From the NCBI GenBank assembly GCA_964057225.1, contig OZ059898.1, forward strand, positions 13,020,001 to 13,084,000: 64,000 nt of DNA, in the 5' to 3' direction. Below, in pieces: positions 39,679-52,200 of this stretch; positions within the stretch are counted from its first letter, which is position 1, and each line of letters starts with the position of its first letter. This DNA comes from Auanema rhodensis. Its lineage: Eukaryota; Animalia; Nematoda. The translations under genes and the position numbers were made by a program. The notes beneath the pieces were generated by a model. That model ran no database searches, had not been told where the DNA came from, and was given only the letters and a program-made list of their open reading frames with translations.

Positions 39679-40050
39679 TATAGGTGGTTGCATTAATTCC
39701 CGGCCAACCCCCCCCCCTCCCCACCCAAGCCCATAAAATTGTTCAAAAAACATATTTAGAGAAAAAAATTTATTAATTTTAATATTCTCCTTTCTTCGCG
39801 ATAACCGTCTCCCATCTTTCTTTCAAACTTCTGATACCTTTTCTGAAAAAAATTTTATTTTTGGATACAAAGAAATTTTTAACAAAGACTTCAACTTCCT
39901 GTAAGTTTATAAAGTTCTCTCACCTCAAACTGTGTTCCATTGACCTAAACAGATGGAAATCTGTTGGGGCAAGGTCTGGGGAGTAAGGGGGGGATGTTTG
40001 AAAACGGTCCAGCAGCTCCGGGTCTAGGACGATCTTGGAGATCGAACTCG
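39679..40050 (-). mobile_element. Decayed, internally deleted mariner (Tc1/mariner, DD34D-type) remnant with one terminal inverted repeat
   Basis: Minus strand reads EFDLQDRPRPG, then WTVFKHPP(frameshift)YSPDLAPTDFHLFRSMEHSLR*ENF...FFRKGIRSLKERWETVIAKKGEY*. YSPDLAPxD is the mariner signature. TA followed by TIR-like TAGGTGGTTGCATTAATTCCCGGCC at 39679-39705. Confidence 0.92.
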
Positions 40051-40321
40051 AAATTATTATATTTAAATCTTATATTATATTTAGTTTAATATATTTTCTT
40101 TTAAAAAATTCAAATATACTTATACAAATAAAGAAGTTTCATGGTAATTCATAGAATTCATGAAAGCAGTCCATAGATGGATGAAATAAAAGAAATCACA
40201 GTAGGTAGCCGATTGATTAAGAATTGACATTTTCCAAATTTTAAAGCTTCAACTTCTTAATATTCTGCACACATTTTACTTCTTTCATCTTTTACATCTC
40301 TATATAGTTTTTTTTTGAAAT

Positions 40322-42796
40322 ATGGGGACAACTATATCAATTCTATGTAATCGATGTGAAGATTCATTAATATTTACTGAGCCGGTTTGCTTATCTTAAC
40401 TATATGTATAGTAAAGTTTATATTTTCAGATTAAAACACGTAATGGTCCAATTCAAGGATATAAATTAAATATTTCATTAGATAAAGATGTAAATGTGTT
40501 TTTAGGTATACCATATGCTAAACCACCCATAGAAAATCTTCGACTTCGAGTTTGTTTTGAAATTACTAGCTTAACTATGCTTTTTATATATTTCTAAGAA
40601 TCCGGAACCATGTGAAGATTGGATAGAAGTTCGAAAATGTACTCAATTCGTTGCTCGTGCTATTCAAATTAATCATTATTGGGAAGATATGCTGATTGGT
40701 GTTCCAAAAGATGAAGATTGTCTCTATCTCAATGTTTTTTCTCCTGATTGGAATAACTTTGAGTATGATATGAATGGCTTGCCAGTCATGGTTTTCATCC
40801 ACGGTGGTGGATTTGCTCATGGAACATCAGCCAAATTTTCTCCAATTTCAATAGCAAAGTGTGTTTGGTTTATATTTTGTCTTTTCTTATGTCAAATGTA
40901 TTAGTTTGAACTTCATTCAGATACCTGTGTCGCTATGACGTTGTCGTAGTTACGATCGAGTATCGCTTAGGCTTGCTTGGCTATTACTACGATGGTGTTG
41001 AACTATTAGGAAATTATGGCTTATGGGATTTGACAATGGCTTTGAAATGGATAAATGTTCGTGATTTATACGAGTATAATACTAATTCTATATGTGATGT
41101 TTTAAGAAAAATATTGAATATTTCAATGGTGATCCATCAAAAATCTCAGTATTTGGTCATGGTAGTGGAGCTGTAGCTGCTGACCTGTTGTCTATCAGTC
41201 CACACTCAAGAGGTCTTGATTAGACTTGTAAAACATATTATTATATTTAAATAAAGAAACCGTTTCTACGTCTGATTAAGATAACAATAAGCATTTCCAC
41301 GTCATATCCACGGGTTCATCACGTGGATTGGCAAAAGAATTTAAACAATTTGATGATATTTCTGTTTAGATTTATTCAGTCAAATAAGTTTACTTGGTGG
41401 AAATGCTGAGAATAAGTTTAATATAGCTCATAAACAACGTTTAAAGGATTTCTGTACTTCATTCGCTCAACGTAAAGGTTTCATCAAAAAACATACATGT
41501 AAAACTAACAATTTATCTTAATTCATCTCAAATAAACTTTAGTTTTAAACTTGGACGATGAAGGTAGTTCACTGGAATTTCTACAAAGTTGTCGTGCCCA
41601 TAACTTTATGAGTGAAAAAAATATAAATCAAGTTGTTTCATAAAGTAATATTGATAAAAACTTCCTCGTTTTGCAGATGAAATCGGAGGAAATTGGATGG
41701 AAAATTGGCCCGGTGGTAGGATGTACTCCTGAAGAGTTTTTGCCCAAACCCATAGCAGAATTAAGACGAGTAGCTTGATCTCTGTGTTAATACAGGGAGA
41801 TAATAAATTTTGTTTCAGGAATCACCTTGTAAAACAGTTATTGTTGGATCAAGTGAGCAAGAAGGATTACTATTCGGTTTGTTATTGGAAAATTAAATAA
41901 ACAAGAGAAAAATGATTTAGAATATATATTTCCAGCATAATATAAGCGTTTTCAGCATTATTCGGTACAACTCGATTTAATGAAAAAGGAATTGATAAGA
42001 TATTATCTCGAGTTATTCCAAACAATGTCTTTCTGGAAGCTGATGATATTCGAAATATTGCCAAAGAATTGTATTTAAAAGAGGAAGAAGAGGTGACTCG
42101 TGCTCAAGAAGCACGTGCTTATATTGAGGTGAACAAAGCATTTTCAAAAACTTGAATGAACAACTTGTTCTCTTCTAGCTATATAGCGATCTAATTATCA
42201 GAAATTCAATATATGAATATAGTAGAAAGATGATTTCACTCGAAAACAAAATATATGTTTACTCGTTTGATTATCATAATCCACATAGTCTAGGGTTAAT
42301 GTCACTTCGTACATCAATACGAGGTACAGATTTTATGAATTTCTAATTTTAAAATGCTCGAAAATAATGCTTTAAGCTGCTTCATATGGATCTGAACTAG
42401 ATTATACATTTGGAGTTCCATCCTTTATTGATTATAAGTTTAATTCTGAAGATATTCAAATGGTTGACTTGGTAACAAGAATGTGGACAAACTTCGTTAA
42501 GTTTGGGTAAGTTTTCAAGTTTTTTTTGAAAAATAATTTTTAATTAGAAATCCAAATGGTCCATATGATGATTCAACCATCTTCAACTTTCAATGGGAAC
42601 CTGCAAATGCTTCATATCCCCTGAGGTAGACACAACTTCTGAAGCTTATTTTCAAAAACGTATTACTTTAACTTCAAAATTGTTATGCTTTTGCAGATAT
42701 TTATCAATATCTAATAATTGTTGCATGAAAACGGAATATGCTGAAGAACGAAGAAGATTCTGGTCAAATATACGTAACAATAAAAGTTTTATGTGA
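40322..42796 (+). CDS. Type-B carboxylesterase/cholinesterase-fold protein, predicted catalytically inactive
   Basis: FLGIPYAKPP, EDCLYLNVFSP, PVMVFIHGGGF, YRLGLLGY, GNYGLWDLTMALKWI, WTNFVKFGNPNG. Nucleophile elbow reads FGHGSGA and the His motif reads ASYGSEL. Frame stays open across all exons. Confidence 0.92.
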
Positions 42797-44017
42797 ATTT
42801 TGATTAAAAGTTTACAACTTTAAGCAATAGCTGTTTTTTTATTTGAATTATGTTTATTCTTGAAAGCTTTTATAATACTCTCTTTCTCTATCTCTCTCTC
42901 TCTATCTCTCTCTCTCTATCTCTCTCTCCCTCTCTCTCTTCGCATAGATAGTATAGATAAATAGGTGTTTGACTGAATATGCATGTATTTCTGTTTTTTT
43001 CCCTCAAACACAAAAACCAATAGCAACGGCAATTGCATGAGGAACCTTCTCAACATACAACAATACCGCCATGCTTTTCCTTTTAAATAGAAAAATTATT
43101 GTTTCTTACCTATTGTTTCCAAAAATAAAAGTTTAAAATCAAGATTATTCTTTAAGCCACACCCAACATATCATACGTCTGAACTGTAAAGGTAATCAGA
43201 TAATAGTTTTAGACATTAATGATGATATCATTCAGATAAGATTGATAAATCTAGATATAGATAATTAGTTTTCCAAAAAAGAAATAATCAATTTGACATA
43301 TAGTTAAGAAAAAATATTAATTATTAATTTTATAAATAGAAATCCTTTGTATATTCACTCCTTCTCTCTCTCTCTTTCGGCATTATTCTCTCACACTTTC
43401 CCTCTCTCTGTCTCATTCTCTCCCTCTTTAATTTTTTTTTCTTGAAGAAAACTTTCAATTTATTCCATTAACACTAGGAAAGTGAATATTTTTCTGAAAA
43501 TCATTCATAAAATATTTTTTTCACATAAAATCTTACTTAATACTATTCATTGTCAGCCTAATTTGGATGGATTTGTCACCCAAAATTCAATGGTGGTTGG
43601 TGGATCAAGTTTATCGGGCCCCCGTTATTAAGAGAGAAAACTGTATCCTCAACTTGACTATCTCAATGAGAAAAGACCTCTATGGATGTTTGTTCCAAAC
43701 GAAATAACATCATCATCATCAACATCATTCAAACTTTGTTTTCATTTCTCATAAGGATTCTTCTTTCTCTCTATATACTATATCTGGATCATGTATAGTG
43801 CACAGTATAGTTTCTATTGATATACGTATATATGGTATACGATCATGTTGAAGCCATATAAAAGATTTATTTAATGTTCTTGATCATCATATCTCATGCT
43901 AAATGTTCAACGGAAAATCTCATTTCATTCAACACATTCTATGTATATGCATGTATGTGTTTAGCAATCATCATACTCAGCAGGTTATCTTTGAAAATTG
44001 AAAGAACAATACGATTA

Positions 44018-44030
44018 AAGAGACTAAAGA

Positions 44031-44094
<64 letters not shown>

Positions 44095-44143
44095 AAAGAG
44101 AGAGAGAGAGAGAGAGACTAAAGAGAGAGAGAGAGAAAGAGAA
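44018..44143. repeat. Compound (GA)n microsatellite with three GAGACTAAAGAG interruptions
   Basis: Read directly from the sequence. Confidence 0.95.
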
Positions 44144-44415
44144 GTTTTTCATATAAAAATATTCATTTCAATCTATAAATATATAATATATTACTGTATA
44201 TAACTATTATTATATAGATTATATATATATTGCCTTTTTCTCTATCTATTCATTCAATTAATAAATAGATTTTAAATGAATTTTTCTATTTAAACATCTT
44301 TTAATTTCTGACCAAAGCTTTGTGTTTGTGTTAGTTCCCCTTGGGATATCAGCTCACTAGGATATACAACATAGACATCTCTCTTCACTCACTCATCATT
44401 CTCTCTCTCTCTCCC

Positions 44416-44462
<47 letters not shown>

Positions 44463-47400
44463 TAGCAATCATTTCCCTTTTTTCCTTATTTTACTCCTTT
44501 CTCTTTTAATTCTTCTATATATCTTTTTCAATCTTTCATTCGTTTTAGCTCTATATATGTACATATCTCCAAAAAATCCTATATTCATGTTTATCTTCAG
44601 AATCTAATTGAAGCAAACTTTAATCTATGTACTTTTTCTAGTATTTGTTTATTTGGCAACATTGAAGTTTGTCAGCATTTTCAAAACCGTTTGCCAAAAA
44701 TCATTCAAAATGCTGTAAAGAATACTTTTCGAACAAACTAATAGACTATCCTCCCAGATGCTGTTCCTCACTTAGTAGTAGTAGCTTACCAATTTGATCC
44801 ATCTGTTCGTATGCAGAATATTCGTGATGTTCCTGACAAACTTTTTTTTTATTTTAACAATACACTCTCCGTTTATATACTGTTTACATATAAATTATAT
44901 AGATTCTGAAATATACGTCTGTTTCTATTCTTCTATATACATGTATAACCATATATATATAATATATAAATATACATATATGTATGTATATCTCTACATA
45001 TCCCTCTTACTTCTAATTCTTTTACTCTCTCCCTTGCTCTCATCTACTTCTCTACTCTTGATTTTCCCTACTTTCCTCTTAATATATCATTCAGTATTCT
45101 CAATTTCTTGTTCTTTCCTCTTATTCCTACTTCATACTTTATATAAAAAATCTTTTTATAAAATTTATAATTATTATTATTATAAATAAAATTAAAATAA
45201 GGGCAAAGTTCAAATTATATACAACCGATTCCTGCAAACAAAAACTACAAAATGCAATTTCATTTTCACGTATAGCTCACGTGGAAATTGGTGAGAATAG
45301 AGATTGAATATAAATTAGTTTCGAAAACTAGTTGATTTCACATCCAAAAAAAAAAAGTTCAAATGATTGTGTTCTTTTTTAAAAAAAAAAAAAAGATTTA
45401 ATTGATGTTTGTTCATCCTCATTCTAATATTATGTTCTACATCTACTACTACTACTACTATTAAAAAGGTTTAATCTGTTGATTTCTCTTGAACATGTTA
45501 TACTATATGTCATTTAAACCTATAAAAGACTTCTATCTTTTAGAATTATTCTATTCATCTAGTAAATATTTGATTATATTTTCTATTACAGGAAGTATTT
45601 TTAACAATTTGAAAAACTATTTTCTTTTCTAAAAAAATAAGAATAATACACGAGACAGTTAGAAGAGAGAAGAGCACTATATAGCTATTCATACTTATGT
45701 GCATTGTTTGAACAAACCAGAGAATGTCATAGAGTCAGTCATACTATCTCTTTCAATCGTTTAACTATGATATTATTTTGGCTTTTAACTATTATTACCT
45801 TCTCTCTCTCTCTCTTACTCTCTCACCCTCTCTCTCTCTCTCTCCCTTTTACCCTCTTATTTTCCTTCTATCCCTTCCTTGTATGCACTACCTATCTATC
45901 TATTCTCAAGCTTAAATCTTTAATCTCTCTCTTATTCCATATGTATTTCTCGGCTTTTTTAATAAATCAGCTATGTCATGCTTACACACAGTCCCTTCCT
46001 CATCAATCAGTATGTCTTTCTTCAGGTGTTTCCCTCCACATCCCTCCGTCTCACTCTCTCTTTCTCTCTCTCTCTCTCTCTGTCTCTCTCTGGTTTCCTC
46101 TCAAGTAATTACATGTTTTATACATTCTAGTAAGAATATATCATAAGTATAAGTATTCATGTAAGCATATATCAATTACGAATAATTTTATCTCATTTCC
46201 GTTCATTCTAACTGATTGTATTCACCGTCGAACCACTTACTTGTGCTCAAGCGACTTATGTTATTGCTACTGCTATTACCATGTCCATCTATGTCTGCAA
46301 ACTCACATAAATACAATATATACTATGTGTATCTATCTATATTAACATAAATTCAAAAACTTAATTATATCTTTGTATTTCAACATCAATCTATGTATAT
46401 ATATATATGAAAGTATGAAGTCTTAATTCTAACTATTTCTAGCTCTCTTACTCTCTATATTTGATTTATTCTATTTCTAATCTAACTATAAGTTTTCTAT
46501 TTCATCTATAATATAATTTATTATGTTTATTAATATTGATTAGTACATTATGCGGTATATTCATACATGTATATACATATCTATTCAACAAACTGGTTTG
46601 CTTCTTCTACATTCAGTCATTCCTTATATGGCAAAACGTTCTTCATTTCTACAAGCGTTCTGTCAATCGTCATACCGATCCAGCCTATTAGATTACATCA
46701 TCACAAGCTTGTTAGTTATTCTCTTAAAACCTAATTTTGCTAATGTCTCGCAACAATTTCTTTCATTCTCTCATCAGTAAATGCTTGTATACCACTTTCT
46801 CTATCTATCTTCCTGTTTCATGTCTCATTGCGTGTTACGGTCCTGGGAATCCAGATATTTTTTTTCATAATTGTGGTTATTGTCATCGCAAATTGCTTCC
46901 GATTTTTATTTCAATAGATAGTTTCATTATCTTTAAAAATCATATTCATAATTGAAAATCTGATTGTAAAATAATTTTCGTTCTTTTCACCTGAATATCC
47001 TTCCTCTATCCTCATTTTTCCTCACTTCTCTTTGCGAACATCTCCTTTCACAGATGTTTGCAATTCTCTCATAACTATTCCCTTCTTTCCCTCTCTCTCT
47101 CTCTTTCTCTCTCTTTCTCTCACTCTATCCCTCTCTTAATAATATATTTTTATTCTTCTTTTTAGGAAAGTTAAAGATACTAAGTAAATACATTGATAAC
47201 CATACCTGTCTGTAGAAGCCATACAACCTTAGCCATGTTACATGCAATTTCTTATCATCCGAAAAGATCATTCACAGTACAAAACTATTTTTAACCATTC
47301 TATTCGAAAGAAATAATTAGGAAAAGCATAAGTTTTCTTCATTCTTTGATTAATATTTAGAAGAAAAAACAATTCAATTAGTTTTTCTTATTAGTTAGAT

Positions 47401-47547
47401 GACATAATCTCTTCTTTTCCTCTCTTATTCATATCTCCCAAAAAACTTTCGCTTATTTAATTGTAAAACAGTTTCACCAATTTTTGTTATTATAAAAGTT
47501 TTTTTAGTTATTATATTCTAATTGACTTCACTTAATTGTAGATAATC

Positions 47548-47549
<2 letters not shown>

Positions 47550-47604
<55 letters not shown>
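47550..47604. repeat. (GA)n microsatellite
   Basis: Pure GA run. Confidence 0.95.
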
Positions 47605-47607
<3 letters not shown>

Positions 47608-47986
47608 TAGAAAGAGGGAGAGAGTATTGAAATCACTTGTACAATAGTAATACTTTATGGTGTTAATCAGCACATACAAACATACATATGCACATTATCT
47701 GCTCTCTTATATAGATAACATACGTTTTTCGACCTTTCTTTGATACTTTTTTTTATTTTTAAAACCAAAAAGTCCTTAGAAATTTCTGATAAAATTGTTT
47801 CCAAACTCATATAATTCATGCTATTGAAAAAGGACAGTAGATAAATAAAATTATTTGTATAACCTATATAACTACATACTTTTAACTATTCTTTCTATCT
47901 TAATGGTATTTATTTATTTAAAAGGATATTCTACTGAATCCATCACCTACTCCTCACTCTCGACTTCCCTCAATCCTTCTACAACC

Positions 47987-47989
<3 letters not shown>

Positions 47990-48050
<61 letters not shown>
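47990..48050. repeat. (CT)n microsatellite
   Basis: Nearly pure CT run. Confidence 0.95.
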
Positions 48051-49259
48051 GTTATTTATACTAATTAATAATGACATTTAGATTATTTTTGGTTGAAGGA
48101 ATGAAACCTTTCATGAACCTTTCTTGTGTTATTTGATCTAATATAGCATTCTTCATAACATCTAAAACCAACATTTACAAGATCCATTCCAATTTTTTCT
48201 AATCAATCTTTCTATTTTTATAATATTTTCGTTAATATAGTATCGTATAGTAACAAACTTTTTTGTTAATTTTGTACATCAGTTATATTCCTTTATTAAG
48301 CATTTTGCTTCTAGCCCTTCATCAGAGATTCACGAGCAAATAGCTTTCGAATTTCGAGGCAACTGTTCAAACATAATCACAAATCTGCCATTCTCTTTCT
48401 CCGCACTACCATAACCTTACTGTCCACTTTCGTTCATGTCCCTGGCTCATGGCTTCAAAATGAAGTTTTAATTCATATTTTGCGAGATCACCTTTTTGTC
48501 CGTAAAGTTTACTGTTTCATCTATATTTTCAACTTTTAATTCATTCCATTTTCGTGCTCATTTCACGATTTTCAATGTATTTACTCTGCGCAAACTGCTT
48601 CATCTCTTTGAAATTGGCTTTGCTGTCCACATAACCAACTTACATACATCTGAAAAAAAAAATCAAACATTGATTATTGCTCCCGAAAGCTTAAAGCGTA
48701 TTCCTTTTGTGAATTTAATCTGATTTTTCGACAAATAGTCTTGCACTTTCAATACTTATAGATATTTTTCTAAGATTTCTCGCTCTTATATTTCGTTTAA
48801 AAAATAAAAAAAATAGCTTATATCTTACAGTGTTAGTTAAAATCTCTAATGAATTTCTTTTTTTCTATCTGAATTCAAATATAGTTTGAGCAATTGGTGT
48901 GAGATTTACCAGCTTGACTTGACACCACGTGTCAGCTTGTGACCATTTAAGGCTGAGCATATATTATGAGACAGGTTGTGAGTAATGAGGTTGAAACCAG
49001 TATATCTCTCCCATGTTCCGCTTACTTTCCAAATGCTTATAGCTAGTCTTATCTTTCTTTATTTTCTATTTTGGAAGTACGTAGTATATGTATATGTGTG
49101 CTCATAACGACCCTTGCTCAAACATTTAATGAGATGGGTGGAGTCTAGTTGATATGGCATCGACTTATCAAAGCATTTTGATGAGATTCCTTGATATCAC
49201 CATATTTTTCAAAACTTGTTACATTACGCTTACTTCATTTATAAATTACAGAATATCAA

Positions 49260-52200
49260 ATGAGTGTAGCTCGTTATGTGGGCCAAATTCGAAGACGATT
49301 TCGGTTTCTTTTAACTTTTGTAGTAGCATTAACATTAACAGCAACATTAGCTTATAACCGAGGCAAACAAGTAAGTTTGAAAAGACTACTTCTCTCTTGA
49401 ATTCTATATTTTTATTTTTTAGTATTCTGAAGTAGAAGTTGAAACAAGAATTATAAATATTAATCAAGCTGAAAGCAAGATTTTAGGATATCCAAGCATA
49501 CATGAAAATGTTGGAGAATTTGATGTAAGTTTCATTTCTCCATCTATCAACCCTTCTTTGTTAGTTTTTATTTTATTTTTCATATTTCTAGACAAAAGAC
49601 TTATATGGTAGTATAAAAGGTTCAAAAGGTGGAGCAAAAGAAGCTACTAGAAAGCGAGAATCTTCAAACGAAAAACTCAAAGTATTCCTTTTACCATTTA
49701 CCCATGTAGATCCAGGTGTGTCTCTTGTAATTCATTTTCAGTAATTTCGAATTTTCTTTTAGGGTGGCTCAGAACATTTGATTCTTATTCTGATGATACT
49801 AATAAAATTTTAACAAATATGCATAATTTCATGATGAAAAACCCTAAAATGTCTTTCATGTGGGCTGAATTTGTCTTCTTTGAACGTTGGTGGAAACAAC
49901 AAAATAGTTCAGTCAAAACGGATGTTAGAAGGTTTAGTTCAGATTCCCTAATCCATGTTTTTAAACTGAAAACTTTATTTTCAGACTTGTAACTGAAGGC
50001 CGCCTTGAAATGGCTTCTGGAAGCTGGGTAATGACAGATGAAGCTAATGCCTACTTCCCAGTTTCTGTTGATAATATCGTTGAAGGACATCAATTTTTGA
50101 AAAAAGAATTCGGTATGCTGAATGAATTTGACTTCAAATATTTCATATGTTTCTTCAGATATCAAGCCTGCCGTAATTTGGTCGAATGATCCATTTGGAT
50201 ACAGTAACTCAGTACCTTATTTGTTCCGTGAATCAGGTAACATATCATATCCCCGTTTCTCAGTTTATTTCCCTCAAATAAAGCTTTTTTTCTTTTTTTC
50301 TATAAAATTATAAATATTCTTTGTTTATTCAACTGTTCTAGGCATAAAATGGAACGTGATAAATCGTATTCATCATGGATTGAAAAAGAATCTTCAAAGT
50401 AAAAAAGCTATTCCATTCCATTGGAGACAATATTTTGGTAAGCAACTTCTATTTTTGTTTTTCTATTCATACATATTCAAATTTTGTAGATAAAACTGGA
50501 GAGCATGATGTGTTAACTCATGTTTTACCATATTCTCATTATGATATTTTGAATTCTTGTGGTCCTGATTCAGCCAGGTATTCTGAATATTCATTTTCTA
50601 TGTATCTGCTGCTGTTATAGGTGTTGCGAATTTGATTTCAAGAGAATGACTCATTGGTATTGTCCAGGTGGAAAGCCTGTGCCGATCACATCTTCTAATG
50701 TAGCATCAAAGTAATTTTTAATCCTACAAGATATTGTCTAACTATGATTATAGAGCTACAACCTTTGTTGGTCAACTGAAGAGCATGGCTTCCATGTATG
50801 AAGCTCCTGTGTTATTAGTAATGCATGGAGATGATTTCCGGTAGCGATTGTTGTGTTGTAGTTGATTCTTCCATCTTTTATGCTTTAGATTTGATATGAT
50901 TGAAGAATGGCATCAGCATCATGACAACTTCCTTCCCTTGTTTAAGGAAATCAATGCAAACCATAACGTTGAGATCAGGTAAAACATCTAAGGATTCATA
51001 TACATCATACATCAACGGATGTTACAGATTTGGAACATTTTCTGATTATTTCAAAGAACTTGAGAATTGGTATACAACTAATAAGAAAACTCCTGCTGTT
51101 CTTACTGGCGATTTCTTCCCATATCAGTAAGTGTTTTGAAATTTTCGAAAGATAAACATCATGACTTTCCTTTAATTTCAGATGTGCCATGGGCGACTTA
51201 TGGACAGGTTACTATACAACACGACCATTCTATAAGAGACAAGGACGACTTTTACATGTAAATCATGTTGAAAACGTTTTGTATTATTCCATTTTTCATT
51301 TATAGAGCATGATTAGAGCTGCTGATCTTATAACTACAAGTGTTTCAAAGAAACTCAAATCTTCTACTCTTCAAGAATCGTATTCTGCTCTTGAGACAGC
51401 TCGTAGAACATTATCACTCTTCCAACATCATGATGCTATAACTGGTAAATACTATATATTTATAATATTTTCATATCCACTTTATGCATTTTTTGATGAT
51501 TTTGACAATTTTATGAAGGGTAAGAGGGCCTTTTGCAGCATAACAGCAGTTGTGCTGATGGCACAACAGCAATTCAGTACGAATTAGAATATTTCGCAAT
51601 TATCATTTTAACATTGTCGCACATGTTATGCGGTTGTTCTCTCTTATATATTTTATTATTTTTTTTCTTAAACTTTTAATATTTCAGGTACTAGTAAGCA
51701 ACATGTTATGGAAAATTATTCACAACTCTTACATAAAGCCATGAACCTTACTAAAGGTGTTCTAGAATCATCAGTTGAACATGTTACTGGATCTGTTGTA
51801 TCTTTGGTATATTTAACTGTTTTGTTTGTTTGTGATATTTTAAAATATTTCTTTTCAGGCTCAATTTCCCAGTTCATTCAGTAATACACAAACTAAAGTT
51901 TCTTTATCAATGATGAAGGTTGAGAAAGGGTAATTTATACTAATCAATATTTAATGAAATTAATAATTCTTTTCAGTTATGTTGTTATCTATAATTCTCT
52001 TCCTTATAAATTAATGGATACTGTATCTATTCGAGTAGATGTTCCTTATGTGACTGTTGAACATAATGGAAATGTTATAGCTGCTCAGATTGAGCCATAT
52101 GTTTATTTAGGAGAAATTGCTCAGAAAAGCTTTTTAGTAAAATATTTCAACTTTGCAATATGTGACATTTATCTGTTTTTAGCTTACATTCCCAGTTGAA

